A DNA stretch of 64,000 nucleotides from Raillietiella orientalis (Eukaryota): NCBI GenBank assembly GCA_036172245.1, contig JAYWIR010000001.1, positions 6,572,001 through 6,636,000 of the forward strand, given 5' to 3'. The notes beneath the pieces were generated by a model. It did not search any database and had not been told where the DNA came from. It saw only the letters and a list, made by a program, of their open reading frames with translations. Below are positions 37,361 through 50,604 of the stretch, piece after piece (position 1 is the first letter of the stretch; each line of letters opens with the position of its first letter). Position numbers and translations under genes: made by a program.

Positions 37361-38725
37361 GTGTCGGCCTCTGCAGACGATCTTCTGCTGCTGTTTCCCC
37401 TGCCCCCCACGGCTTCTGGTCTCGAGGACTCCTTCGAGTCGCTTAGCCGCGGGACGGGCGCGGAGGTTCACAGGTCGAAGTCGTCCATACTGAAATTCCA
37501 ACTACGTGGGCTAGACGGCCGGACTGGATCCGCCTGGGGAACCCCACGTGCGGCTACTTTGAGTACCTTTGCTATCCGTTGGGGGAATTCTGCGCAGCAA
37601 AATCCTAATCCGACCGTGTCCTAAAGGTGGAGTTGGCGATCGGTCCGTCCCGTGACGGCAAGTTTAACCTGCAGGAACAGGCGGCGGTGTGCAGCGAATT
37701 CGCGGCCCCCCCTTCTTCGCCCCCTACTTTTTTTCTGCCCCGCCCCACTCCCTATCAAAAACAAGAGGACTAAAAGCCCTTTTAGAAAAGTGCTGTGGGG
37801 CATTGGGTGGTCCCGCTTCCGTCTTAAAGACATGCACGCTCCACGCAGAGCTGTGGACTCGGATTCCTGACGACTGCGCGAATGGAGCGCCATCTCCAAT
37901 TACGGAAGCTCGCCCTTGTGGCGACATACTGGACAGCTCCATGGTGCACCCCAACACGCCTCTTCGCCAATAAAGCAACCGGCTGCAACGGATAGACGTC
38001 GATCCTCGTGGGTAACGACCGTAGCATGAACCACTGTGGTTTTCTGCTGCGTGACTTGGTTGCCCTGGTGAGAGAAAATCCGTGGATCTCCTGCGCCCCC
38101 CCGAACTGGCTTCCGGAGTCAGTTTGCGCGTGGGCAAAGATCAACGGCACCAGCGATGAGGACTACTCCTGCCTCCGTCGAGGCAGGTACGCTGTCCAGC
38201 CCCTGCGAGAGATCGTTTCCAGCCCACGGAAACCTCCGTGGGTTCCATTCACTCCTCTGGCTCCCGTGCTTCCCTCCCTGGAAAACGCTAGAGAAGCCAA
38301 CAGGAGGCACCGTGGGAAGTGTCCTGTTTCATCAGAGGCAGCAAAAGCCTGTTGAAGGAGTGGACATATCGGGAATTAGCGGACGCTGCAGCCCCGAGTT
38401 TCCCGCCTAAAGGACTTTTTACGCGGCGGCGAGCTACTCGGCATACCTCCGGAGGAGGTGAAGTGCCCCTCAACTCATTGGGACAATGGCACCCTCCTCC
38501 CCTTGGATTGAAAGGGGTCGGAGCTGCATTGGGTATTCCTTCGCAGTGCACGCCTTTCTCACTGGACCTGTGGGAGTGAAGAAGTCGATTGTGCAGTGTG
38601 CGGGGAACGGGAAGCCTTCCATCGAGTGTGTCGCACTGCGTCCCACGTGGAATCGACTGTCGTCGATTCTGGACTCTCCGGTGGGCGACTTAAACGTCAT
38701 TTTCGGCTGGCAGTCGGACCGTTGA
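37361..38725 (+). mobile_element. Degenerate L1/Tx1-type ORF2 3' half (YADD-like motif to Zn-finger), family B
   Basis: VSASADDLLLLF, GTGAEVHRSKSSIL, YFEYLCYPLG, then LHWVFLRSARLSHWTCGSEEVDCAVCGERE and IECVALRPTWNRLSSILDSPVGD, which closely matches the copy at 17443-17886. Confidence 0.8.
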
Positions 38726-38759
38726 AGCAATCGCTGCTTGATGAAAGAGAGCAATCAAC

Positions 38760-41200
38760 GTTCACAGCCTTGGAAGTGCCCCACCGCTGCATGGCGGGAG
38801 CAAACATTTTCGAAACATGGATGCCTCTGGAGGTCTTCTGCTGGTGAAAAGAGCCTTCTTTCACGGCAGCTAAGTGCGTCCGCACTCAGCGGAATCCGCA
38901 ACTGCACATTCCATCAACTGCAGATTGGACAGTTGGCTCATCCGATGCCTCGCCAGTCGAGATCTCGGTTCGTCAGGGTATTCTTCGAGGAAAGTGGCAA
39001 AATGCGCTTTTGGAAATGAAATACCACGAACAAGTTGCGCACATTCTATGGTAATGGGCAGTGGAACGTGGCAGGAAGCATTCCCGTTATAAGAGGCACG
39101 AGCGGCAGGATTGACTTCCTCATGCTCAACGGACGCTGAAATGTTTCTTACCTTTCTCAGAGTTGGAAACATCGTATTCCTACGCTTTCTGCAGCCTGGA
39201 CATACGTGTCCTCGAAATGTGTTGTGCATGCAGGAAGGAAGCTCAGTGCCTGTGATCCAACGGACGCGAGCACAGGCGCTTTCCTACAGATGGCAGCATT
39301 TCACGCAGCTGCGAAAGAGTAGCAGAAAGTTCGCTCTCCCAAACTCAAGATATCGCAACTGTTGGCAAAAACATTTATGGGCGGAGCTTTCGAATTTCTG
39401 AAATGTGACAGCATGTGCTCTCCCGGCATCGCGAGAATCTCTTGTGGAATGTCTTGCAAAATGTTCATCGCGGACCTCCGATTCCATTTCTGAAAAACAC
39501 GAAAGCAATGGGCATCTCGGAGTGTTGCCCGTTTTGCACTGTTTATTCAGTCGCGCGACCGTACGTCTTCATCCCGCCGGACGCCGCCCGAGGAATCATC
39601 ACAGCAGCAGAAACCCTTGGCGGTCGCCTTTTTGCTTCCAGATGCTTTCCCGTGGTGGACTGCGCTTTGGTCTCACAAAACGGATTCTCTTCTTCATCGC
39701 CTCTTCCTTGTAGCATTGCTGTTCGCACTGCTAGGCGTGTGCGCTCTTCCATACAGTTGAAACTCTTCCACGGTTCTTGGCAGCAGCGAAAAGTCTTCGG
39801 AAGTCTGCATGACCTTCGGTGGTCCTCCAGTGTTCTGCCTCAACATGCTCCATTCTTATCCACGTATCCGAATGGACGGGGGTCAACTACTTCAGCTGTG
39901 GGTAATTTTCGGAGCCATCTCGTTTCTTTTTTCCCTGTGGACACAGTTTTTGCGTTTATGTTTGCGCTCACCGCAGGTAATGCACGTCCAAATGGGGATT
40001 GTCGTCCACCGCATTCCCACATGCGCAGCTTTCTGCAGAATCGCCTTCCCAAAGCGTTCTCGGCATCTCAGAGAAAGCATGGAAATGCCTTTCCTTCAAA
40101 GATCAGAAAGAGGGGAATGCCACACTCAACCCTGCTGCAGTCTGACCACGGAGTACTCCGCGTTTCACGTGTGCCGGGAAAGGGGGATCGAGCGGCTGCT
40201 AATGGGATTCAAAGGAATTGGAGAGTCATTAGTCTAGGACAGATAAATTGGAAGTCTCCACCACAAAGACTTTCAGTTAAGCTGGGCTCAGGGTGATCGT
40301 CTTGACGATTGGTAATGTCTTCTTTTGTGTTCCTAGCGGAACTTCCAGGCGGACTATGCAAAAGCATCACGAGATGCGAGAAATTTCAGTCTTCCGGGAT
40401 ACGGCCAGGCACGATCGTGTCATCAAAATCGAAATCGGTCCAGAGGATCGGTGGAAGCAGCCGCAGGCTTTTCGAATCTCACGAATTCGGTCTGCGGAAT
40501 TTAGTGGACGCCTTAGTGGATACATAGGCATTCGAAACGTAAGCTTCAACTCCTGAAAACGCAAATTGGAACCTCCGGAAAGCACGTCTGGAAAAAGGAA
40601 TACATACGTTCCTTCCTGCTTTGGAAGCAACGTATGTCCGCGATGAAATATCTCTGCGTTTCGTCATTTCCTATAGCGCAGGTGAGCCGTCGTTCGTCAT
40701 CAGCAAAGGCAAAATGGCATCGTACAAAGTGTGAGCACTTTGTACGTGGCGTACAGTGCGGTTGCCTACAGCTCTTCTCCGTGCGAAGCGAAAAGCGGAA
40801 TTCCTCGCTCGGTGAACGGACGGAATTTCCTTCCGGGATGGCGCTACCGGGAGAGCCTCACCTGAGTGCGTCTTACAGCAGATGCAATCATCGTGCTCTG
40901 AAAACCTAGCCTGCTCAACATTTGGAAGGTGCGTATGCAGCCACGGGTATGTACTGTACCGGGATACGACGTGCAACACGGAAACCTGACACACGGCTAG
41001 GTAGCCGTGTGTTGGTGTTCTTTTGGTGGATGTCGGTCTTTCATCGAACCAATACTGCGGATGCGTTGTTCCGAATCAGTGTATCTTTCCTCTTCGGTCA
41101 CTTTCGTTAACAACAAACGGCACCCTTTTCTTTCAATCAGATATTTTCCCTTTGCTTCTCCATGGATGAATCTCGACACAAAATCAACCTCTCACATTTT
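38760..41200 (+). pseudogene. Unidentified dispersed unit, copy D (crosses the arm/spacer boundary; truncated mirror at 47465-49205)
   Basis: GKWQNALLEMKY, GIITAAE, MDGGQLLQLWVIFGAI, KIRKRGMPHSTLLQSDHG, DRVIKIEI, TADAIIV, in the same order as copy C. Confidence 0.65.
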
Positions 41201-44200
41201 CTCCTCCTCGTTGCATCGCCGATATGAGTTTTCAGGGATATAAACATCCTACGCATGGCTGGAAACGGCGACTCCCTGAAGAATTGAAACCTTCCTTAAC
41301 TTCCTGGTTTCCTAGTTGACCGCGCAGCATCTTTGAACCACTCGCGGTTGACTGCAGAAGAAACGTCGGTGTTGTCTCCCACACGGCTCAAGGAAGGCTA
41401 TCGCGAGAGGAGCGCGGAGTGATTTTCTCCTCTCGCGCATTCTCGCCCAATACAATAGATTTTCCCTCCTGCAGCTCGTGCTCTCGTTGATGACCGAAAG
41501 AAGCAAAACTCGTGGTCCCCGCCGTTCTCGGATACCAGAGTCAAAGATCTCTCTTCCCAGTCGTTGCATGCGATATCGGCAATCGTGGCCACTGTGTGCC
41601 TAAGCATTATCAACCGCTGCGAGGAAAGGAAAAAGGATTACGTTGCACGCGGCAGAACTATCGTTTGAGTCGCAGTCCCTTCTCCGAAGCAGTTCAATGG
41701 AAGGAAACAGGAATACTTGAGCAAAATGGATGCTTCGACAGATGGACGGTGCCGAGAAGAGCTTGTTGTTGTACCCAAATATCGACTCCATCTGGAGCGT
41801 TTCGTGGTCACCGCGTGGTTGCCATCGCAACATCCCCATGTGGCTAGCATCAGCGATTCCGACGAAGCTCTGGCTTAGCTCGACGAGTCTGCCGATCTCA
41901 ATATGCAACCCGTCTCAGCCCCCTCGATGTGTAGAAACGAGGCTCTCGTTGATTGAGAAAGTGCAAGAAGATGAAACCGATGGCGAACGTGATCCAGCAA
42001 TGCAGTTTTCTATGTGATACGTCACATGGAAAACAGCGCGTGTCCAACGAAGCGACGGCCTAGCAGTGGCATCTCCGCCACGGCCAACACACTTTCGATG
42101 TTTCCACTGCTGGTGATGCTACTCTGCATTGGACGGGATGCTTCCATTGCTCTGCAAGGAACAGTTGGGCTACCTTGGGACCATGGAATTGGGTCCTTGG
42201 TCTATTCCTACGTATCCTCATTCTAATAGGTGATAATGGAGGCTGATGATCCTGAGGAACCCTGAAATACCTGTGAGACACTTGACAGTGAGAGTGTATG
42301 TCTTCCTTCCGACTTCAGGACATGGTGTCCGCGGCAACATTTACGAAAATCGCTCCCACAGGTTCGATCGCTTCCTGTTACGTATGTCTGCTCCGCCTGC
42401 AGCGCCTCTGGACAACCGAGGAAGGATACAGGAAGGCCCGGATGGCCGGCGAGCGTTTTCCCTCTTGTCGATTCCCGCGTTCTTTCCAGGAGCTCTACCG
42501 GCGGTGTGAGGAATGAAGGTAGGAGCAGTGGGAAGAGCTAGCGACCGCCAGGCAGCTGCTGATCCCCTCTTCCGAGCACCAGGAGAACAGGGATCTCGTG
42601 TGGTAGCCACGCAGTTCATTGTGGGGATGCAGGTAGCTGGAAGATCGGCCCATGGGCTGGCTGTCTGCAGGCGGAGAAAAAGGATTGGCGAACTTCGCAC
42701 TCGTCTGTCATCGATTGCCTTGTTCCGCTATCTCCAACGTGCATGACTTACCCCATTGCGCAGAAAAGAACACGGATGCCGAGCCCTGTCTTCCGGAAGA
42801 TTGCCGGGAGCTAGGATGCTCCTCTCCTCACATCACCAACAACAAGGTCGTGGGTATTCGTGAATGCAAGCGTTCTTCCGTAAGGCAGGAGGCGCTCAGG
42901 CGGCTATCTCATCAAGAAGGTCGCAACGAAGGAAGTGCAGAGATTGACCACCACTTGCGCCCTAGGGAGCAAAAGGATGACAGCCAACATCACCGGAAAC
43001 CAAAACTCGTTCTTCTTCGCTTACCGGAGGGATCCGCCTGCTTCGCGAACTTAGTGGTGATAAACTTCAGACCCCGAGTTACGCAGTACGTTTCCTCGTA
43101 TCGGAAGCCCTGGGAACGCAAAGAGTAGGAGGACAAGGAAGAAGAAGATGCCTCGTACACTGCTTTTGAATTTTTCTTCATATGGGAATCCTATGGCGCA
43201 ACTTTTAATGCTTTCTGCCAGAGCAGTTGGAATGGCACCTTTTTCAGGTAGCTCGACTGTAGCAGTAAAAATAAAAATAAAAACTCGTAATGAGTGACCA
43301 CAGCAAATATATGTGAATTGAAAGTATTGTGATCTGTATAAACTGCTTTTTTCCCAAGTTGTCTTCTGCTTCCGTAGGTCTTCTTTTCTCTTTGCTCCAG
43401 CTGACCTTGCATCTGTCTTTCCTTTATTTTTCTCCCCGTTTCCTCGTCTTTCTACTATTTCTTTTATTCCTCCCATTTTTCTCATCCCTTTATCCAATCC
43501 CTTTCTATGAGATTCCTCCTGCTGATCTGCCTTTTCCGTGACTTCTCTTTTCTTCCCATTCTCTTCCCATTTCTTCTCGAAAGACACTGGTGCGCAGTTC
43601 GCACTTGTGTAGGAATCGCCCCGCCCCGCAGACAGCCCATACACGTCTTTTCCAAGGGATTTGCTACCGCAAGCTGTTTCGGGTGCGAAAGGATGCAATC
43701 GTGCCTGCATCTCATGCTAGGTCGCAATACCCTGGAGGTCGTGCTCCGCAATCTGCGGTGCGCCAACTTGCATATGAAGCGATGAGCGGATGATGGGAAC
43801 GCACGTCATGCGCTTCGTGGGAAACCACCTTAGGGACTGGTGGTCAACATGCTCTCATCCGAGATCAGAGGTGCGGTGACCGGATAGTTAAAGTGCTTGT
43901 CTGCTTCCTCCTTATTCGGATAGCGATTCTGAGAACCACGAGAAGATGGCCTTAGTATGCGAGAATAGCTTTCTCATCTTGGTGACTGGCACAGTGCTGC
44001 TTATCCCTGCCATCCCATTGCTGCTTACCGACTGTAGGGAAAGATACCTATTATCGCTGACTGCTTTTCGATAACGCTTCCGATTGCATTTGCTCTATAA
44101 TGAGGCAATGAATAATCACATCGTGCTTGCTTTGCGGCTTTCTTCACCTGAATGAGCGGAATCTGCAGATGAACATCCTGCTCACCTAAGGCACGACATG

Positions 44201-47200
44201 CATCCTGTATCGAAGTTTCAGAGTCAACACGATTGGACTTGAGCAAATGGCTACCACAATTCTGAAAACTAAGATCTCGTACAGAAGCGATCCATCGAAT
44301 GCACGGAACATTTGTGTGGATCCACCATCGGAAGAGGTGGCTTCTTTATTCAACTGATCGAGCGTTCAGACACTTCGAAAAGATTCTACGGATCAGAGGA
44401 GGCAGACCAGACAGATCATGCCATTAGGCCGCCACCTTTCAGTGTCCCAGCCACTTCTGTGCACATGTGTGTAAGAATGCGGCCGCCATTATCAAATAAA
44501 AAATACTTTTGCAAATAATCGAAGACTGTGCGAAGAGCAGCTTCGTGCGATCCACTGTCATAATCACAACGAATCCTCTTCTTCCCTGCGTTTGAAGCCA
44601 TTCGAATCACTTGTTTGGCGACATCGTTGTCTTATTGAGAGCTTTCTAACATCTACACTGCAGCTATGATTTCCTTCCCCATTTTCGAGCCAGATCGTGG
44701 ATTTTGTGGCCAGGTTAGCCACCTATTTTTGAGCTTGCGTCATTAGAGAAGAAACGCCGTCACCTTGTTTCAGTGCGAAAGGGACTTCAGAGTGGGAGCG
44801 CTGAGATGTCATTAGGTCGTCGTGTCTCCATGTGAAAGTAGATGGAAGAGAAATGTAGCTGCGCCATCCGGAGGGAATTACTAGCAGATTCAGGAAGAAG
44901 GACTTTCTACCTACTCGCTGGTTCCACACATTGGTTAGATGCTGCCGGCAGGAACGAGCTGAATCCTAGACCATAGAGCCCTCTGCAAAATCCACTTGCA
45001 AATTCATGCGCACGGATGTTTGATAGCGTGGGTTTCCGATGGGAATGCGATACATGCAGGAAAACTGAAAGAGTCCTAAGAGAAACAAAAAAAAGTGCCG
45101 CAGTAAGAAAGGCACAGAAGACAAGGGTCAGAAGTGCCGTAGTGGTTCTTCTCAAGAGGGATGTTCGTCAAGATATGGAAAGAGTTGGTTGTCAACGTGG
45201 ATACGTTATCAGAAGCCACGTTATCGTTAATGATTCTTTTCTGCAGAAGTCACGGACACAACTCATCAACGAAACTGTCTGAATGGAAGCGTGTACATAT
45301 GAATGGCAAGATTGAAAGGGGGGGGGAAACATAGAGGGAGCAGAATGAGAGCAAGACAAGAAGAAAAAGAAAGGATCTCGGAACTAGTCTCCATTTTTTT
45401 GCCGCATAGTGAAACGGAGACAAACGAATAGATCAGGTCCATACTGCCAGATACGATTTGCTGGGAATAGGCTTGCCTTTCGACTTCAAATGGAGCGTAT
45501 CCTAGGAAACCTCGTACGTCGGGATTTTCTTCGTCTGCCGAGTGACACTTGCGAATTTTTCAGAGGACGGCTGATGCTTAGCAACGCCTCGGTTGAATGA
45601 ACCCTATTAATAAAGGAAATTAGCAAAGAATGCAAAAAAGGATGTGACCACCCAACACTCGAAATGAAGGAAAGTCACTTTCTTCGCGTTCCTCTTCCTA
45701 GTCCTCCTCTGTCGAGATCAAACGCGAAGATAATTTGTTGAGCATGGGATGAGGCCATCTAGAAGTCGATCGGCAGAATACGTGTTCAATGTTGAAGCCA
45801 CTGAACCGCATTCTGTATGACGTGACATGCAAAAGCTTGCAAATAATGTCGGGAATAAACGAAGCTGAAAGGAAGCATATTTTGTGTAAAGCTCCATAAA
45901 TCACTGACATGGAGTTGATAAAGTATCAGTTTTTCAATCACATATTGGTATATTGGTATTGTGCATCGATACTTAAAGTGTACTGTGGAGAAAAATACAT
46001 TCGCACATACGTGAACCTATGTATTAAATGACGTTTACTTTATTAAATATCTTGCATGGAAGTGTTATTATGTGAGAAACGAAAGACGACTTTCGCACAT
46101 GGAATGTCTCCCGATTTTGAATTTTCTGCGCAGGGTACCGTTCCTTGAGACGCTAATGGCAGGAAACTGCTAAGGACCAAAGCATGTACGGAATCCGTGC
46201 AGACGCTGGCTGCTGCTGCACAAAGCTTGTAAGGTAACCTACTCGCTTGCAACCTCTTAACCACAGGTTGCGCCAGCCGAGTCTACGAATATTGGATCCG
46301 CAGCTGTTGAGGCAACGACTGGAAAACCTTTGGGGATGCTGTCGACCTGCGCACAGCATTCGGCCTCATAGGTCAGGTGATTCCAAAGATCTTCCGGGGC
46401 AGCACAGGCTACTGACGGGCTGACTCAGGGGGCTCGAATGCATTCCACACTGTACTCAGCAGTTGTTAGACGTGGCACTGCAGGGGTACACGGCGGGCAG
46501 ACAGTCCGAGTTCTCCTTTCATCAGTATCAGTGTCCATTTCGTGCACAACACACGTACGTACACTTTGCCTTCCTCGTCGAGAACGTTCCGCAACTTGCT
46601 CGCAGCGTCTTTCCACGCCGACTCACTTGCCCATCTTCTGCTTTGCTTCTCCCTTCCTGAAGCAATCGCACGTATATACGCGAAAGAGAGCCAAAAGCAG
46701 TACAGTTCAAAAGCGAATCCTATACGGAGCTGTTTGCGGGAAGGAAATCTCCGAACGGGAATCAGGAGTGCGGAGAAAATTTTCCTTTCCAAAATGCTTT
46801 TCCAAGGATTCGTGAATCAACTCAAATTGCCAAGATTTTTCCAGAATGACAAACTTTCAAACCTCTAGTGGAAGAACCTTTTGGGGCACACTTGAGATCC
46901 CCAGAAAGTAAGATCCCAGCCTCGATCCACTCCCGACAATTTTGGAACAAAACAGCTGATTTCCCATTTCCAAGACATGCAAATATCCTGCAACAAGCAC
47001 CGGAGCTCTTCGCTGTACAGACTGGTGCTCGAAGCGTACCATGCTACCCAGTCAGATTCCAAAAGTCCTTGTCACTCTCGCCTATCAGCGCTAAAGATGC
47101 ATTCTGTTACTACGCTGACAATGACGAATCCAAGCAACATTTTTATAGCATTCTATAGCTCAATCAGTGGAAATCGAGAGTACTGGGCTGAGGGCAGCAA

Positions 47201-47464
47201 ATACGCTGAAAAAAAGTTGACCTTGTTTACTACTCCCTAGAAACAACCGGCCTCAAGAGTTTTCCAGATCCATCAGGAAAAATCTCTGTGACTCCAGACG
47301 ACAAAGAACATTCGAATATTGAAGACGACGGCTCTGTGAGCAGCGATAAGTAACACGAAACACCAAATCGTCCATCGATGTTTTCGAGCTAGGGGGAGAC
47401 CTGGGATTCTAGGCTGTTACTTTATTCCACCCAGAGTCTGGGCCTCCAGACTGGGCCTCCAGAC
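40501..47464. other. Unique spacer (6964 bp) of the giant palindrome
   Basis: ORFs here have no mirrored partners. The paired ORFs 40293..40556 and 47409..47672 diverge exactly at the boundary (RSAE-FSGR vs RSAE-CLEA). Confidence 0.95.
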
Positions 47465-49239
47465 ATTCCGCAGACCGAATTCGTGAGATTCGAAAAGCCT
47501 GCGGCTGCTTCCACCGATCCTCTGGACCGATTTCGATTTTGATGACACGATCGTGCCTGGCCGTATCCCGGAAGACTGAAATTTCTCGCATCTCGTGATG
47601 CTTTTGCATAGTCCGCCTGGAAGTTCCGCTAGGAACACAAAAGAAGACATTACCAATCGTCAAGACGATCACCCTGAGCCCAGCTTAACTGAAAGTCTTT
47701 GTGGTGGAGACTTCCAATTTATCTGTCCTAGACTAATGACTCTCCAATTCCTTTGAATCCCATTAGCAGCCGCTCGATCCCCCTTTCCCGGCACACGTGA
47801 AACGCGGAGTACTCCGTGGTCAGACTGCAGCAGGGTTGAGTGTGGCATTCCCCTCTTTCTGATCTTTGAAGGAAAGGCATTTCCATGCTTTCTCTGAGAT
47901 GCCGAGAACGCTTTGGGAAGGCGATTCTGCAGAAAGCTGCGCATGTGGGAATGCGGTGGACGACAATCCCCATTTGGACGTGCATTACCTGCGGTGAGCG
48001 CAAACATAAACGCAAAAACTGTGTCCACAGGGAAAAAAGAAACGAGATGGCTCCGAAAATTACCCACAGCTGAAGTAGTTGACCCCCGTCCATTCGGATA
48101 CGTGGATAAGAATGGAGCATGTTGAGGCAGAACACTGGAGGACCACCGAAGGTCATGCAGACTTCCGAAGACTTTTCGCTGCTGCCAAGAACCGTGGAAG
48201 AGTTTCAACTGTATGGAAGAGCGCACACGCCTAGCAGTGCGAACAGCAATGCTACAAGGAAGAGGCGATGAAGAAGAGAATCCGTTTTGTGAGACCAAAG
48301 CGCAGTCCACCACGGGAAAGCATCTGGAAGCAAAAAGGCGACCGCCAAGGGTTTCTGCTGCTGTGATGATTCCTCGGGCGGCGTCCGGCGGGATGAAGAC
48401 GTACGGTCGCGCGACTGAATAAACAGTGCAAAACGGGCAACACTCCGAGATGCCCATTGCTTTCGTGTTTTTCAGAAATGGAATCGGAGGTCCGCGATGA
48501 ACATTTTGCAAGACATTCCACAAGAGATTCTCGCGATGCCGGGAGAGCACATGCTGTCACATTTCAGAAATTCGAAAGCTCCGCCCATAAATGTTTTTGC
48601 CAACAGTTGCGATATCTTGAGTTTGGGAGAGCGAACTTTCTGCTACTCTTTCGCAGCTGCGTGAAATGCTGCCATCTGTAGGAAAGCGCCTGTGCTCGCG
48701 TCCGTTGGATCACAGGCACTGAGCTTCCTTCCTGCATGCACAACACATTTCGAGGACACGTATGTCCAGGCTGCAGAAAGCGTAGGAATACGATGTTTCC
48801 AACTCTGAGAAAGGTAAGAAACATTTCAGCGTCCGTTGAGCATGAGGAAGTCAATCCTGCCGCTCGTGCCTCTTATAACGGGAATGCTTCCTGCCACGTT
48901 CCACTGCCCATTACCATAGAATGTGCGCAACTTGTTCGTGGTATTTCATTTCCAAAAGCGCATTTTGCCACTTTCCTCGAAGAATACCCTGACGAACCGA
49001 GATCTCGACTGGCGAGGCATCGGATGAGCCAACTGTCCAATCTGCAGTTGATGGAATGTGCAGTTGCGGATTCCGCTGAGTGCGGACGCACTTAGCTGCC
49101 GTGAAAGAAGGCTCTTTTCACCAGCAGAAGACCTCCAGAGGCATCCATGTTTCGAAAATGTTTGCTCCCGCCATGCAGCGGTGGGGCACTTCCAAGGCTG
49201 TGAACGTTGATTGCTCTCTTTCATCAAGCAGCGATTGCT

Positions 49240-50604
49240 TCAACGGTCCGACTGCCAGCCGAAAATGACGTTTAAGTCGCCCACCGGAGAGTCCAGAATC
49301 GACGACAGTCGATTCCACGTGGGACGCAGTGCGACACACTCGATGGAAGGCTTCCCGTTCCCCGCACACTGCACAATCGACTTCTTCACTCCCACAGGTC
49401 CAGTGAGAAAGGCGTGCACTGCGAAGGAATACCCAATGCAGCTCCGACCCCTTTCAATCCAAGGGGAGGAGGGTGCCATTGTCCCAATGAGTTGAGGGGC
49501 ACTTCACCTCCTCCGGAGGTATGCCGAGTAGCTCGCCGCCGCGTAAAAAGTCCTTTAGGCGGGAAACTCGGGGCTGCAGCGTCCGCTAATTCCCGATATG
49601 TCCACTCCTTCAACAGGCTTTTGCTGCCTCTGATGAAACAGGACACTTCCCACGGTGCCTCCTGTTGGCTTCTCTAGCGTTTTCCAGGGAGGGAAGCACG
49701 GGAGCCAGAGGAGTGAATGGAACCCACGGAGGTTTCCGTGGGCTGGAAACGATCTCTCGCAGGGGCTGGACAGCGTACCTGCCTCGACGGAGGCAGGAGT
49801 AGTCCTCATCGCTGGTGCCGTTGATCTTTGCCCACGCGCAAACTGACTCCGGAAGCCAGTTCGGGGGGGCGCAGGAGATCCACGGATTTTCTCTCACCAG
49901 GGCAACCAAGTCACGCAGCAGAAAACCACAGTGGTTCATGCTACGGTCGTTACCCACGAGGATCGACGTCTATCCGTTGCAGCCGGTTGCTTTATTGGCG
50001 AAGAGGCGTGTTGGGGTGCACCATGGAGCTGTCCAGTATGTCGCCACAAGGGCGAGCTTCCGTAATTGGAGATGGCGCTCCATTCGCGCAGTCGTCAGGA
50101 ATCCGAGTCCACAGCTCTGCGTGGAGCGTGCATGTCTTTAAGACGGAAGCGGGACCACCCAATGCCCCACAGCACTTTTCTAAAAGGGCTTTTAGTCCTC
50201 TTGTTTTTGATAGGGAGTGGGGCGGGGCAGAAAAAAAGTAGGGGGCGAAGAAGGGGGGGCCGCGAATTCGCTGCACACCGCCGCCTGTTCCTGCAGGTTA
50301 AACTTGCCGTCACGGGACGGACCGATCGCCAACTCCACCTTTAGGACACGGTCGGATTAGGATTTTGCTGCGCAGAATTCCCCCAACGGATAGCAAAGGT
50401 ACTCAAAGTAGCCGCACGTGGGGTTCCCCAGGCGGATCCAGTCCGGCCGTCTAGCCCACGTAGTTGGAATTTCAGTATGGACGACTTCGACCTGTGAACC
50501 TCCGCGCCCGTCCCGCGGCTAAGCGACTCGAAGGAGTCCTCGAGACCAGAAGCCGTGGGGGGCAGGGGAAACAGCAGCAGAAGATCGTCTGCAGAGGCCG
50601 ACAC
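49240..50604 (-). mobile_element. Mirror copy of the family B LINE remnant
   Basis: Reverse complement of 37361-38725 within the inverted repeat. Confidence 0.8.

Larger units (their letters stand above)
23965..40500 (+). repeat. Left arm of giant inverted repeat (at least 16.5 kb; outer end not visible because the mirror runs off the window)
   Basis: Every listed ORF lying wholly in this interval has an identical-protein partner on the opposite strand with coordinates summing to 87965 (e.g. 24028..24396+ / 63569..63937-, 39415..40296+ / 47669..48550-). Direct checks: the last 36 nt of the window are the reverse complement of 23965-24000, and identity ends after ...tctgcggaat at 40500. Confidence 0.98.

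Noticed and set aside
38580-38754. Minus-strand TFKSPTGESRID resembling an APE endonuclease motif
   Set aside because: The opposite strand aligns much better with the LINE family B C-terminal zinc-finger region found in several other copies.
39415-40296. Longest ORF (293 aa) as an intact gene
   Set aside because: Non-ATG start, and homology to sister copies switches between frames, indicating a frameshifted pseudogene.
47885-48073. Perfect CX2CX4HX4C zinc knuckle (CITCGERKHKRKNC; mirror 39892-40080)
   Set aside because: It is not preserved at the homologous position in the other copies of the dispersed unit (A and C checked), so it is probably a chance reading.
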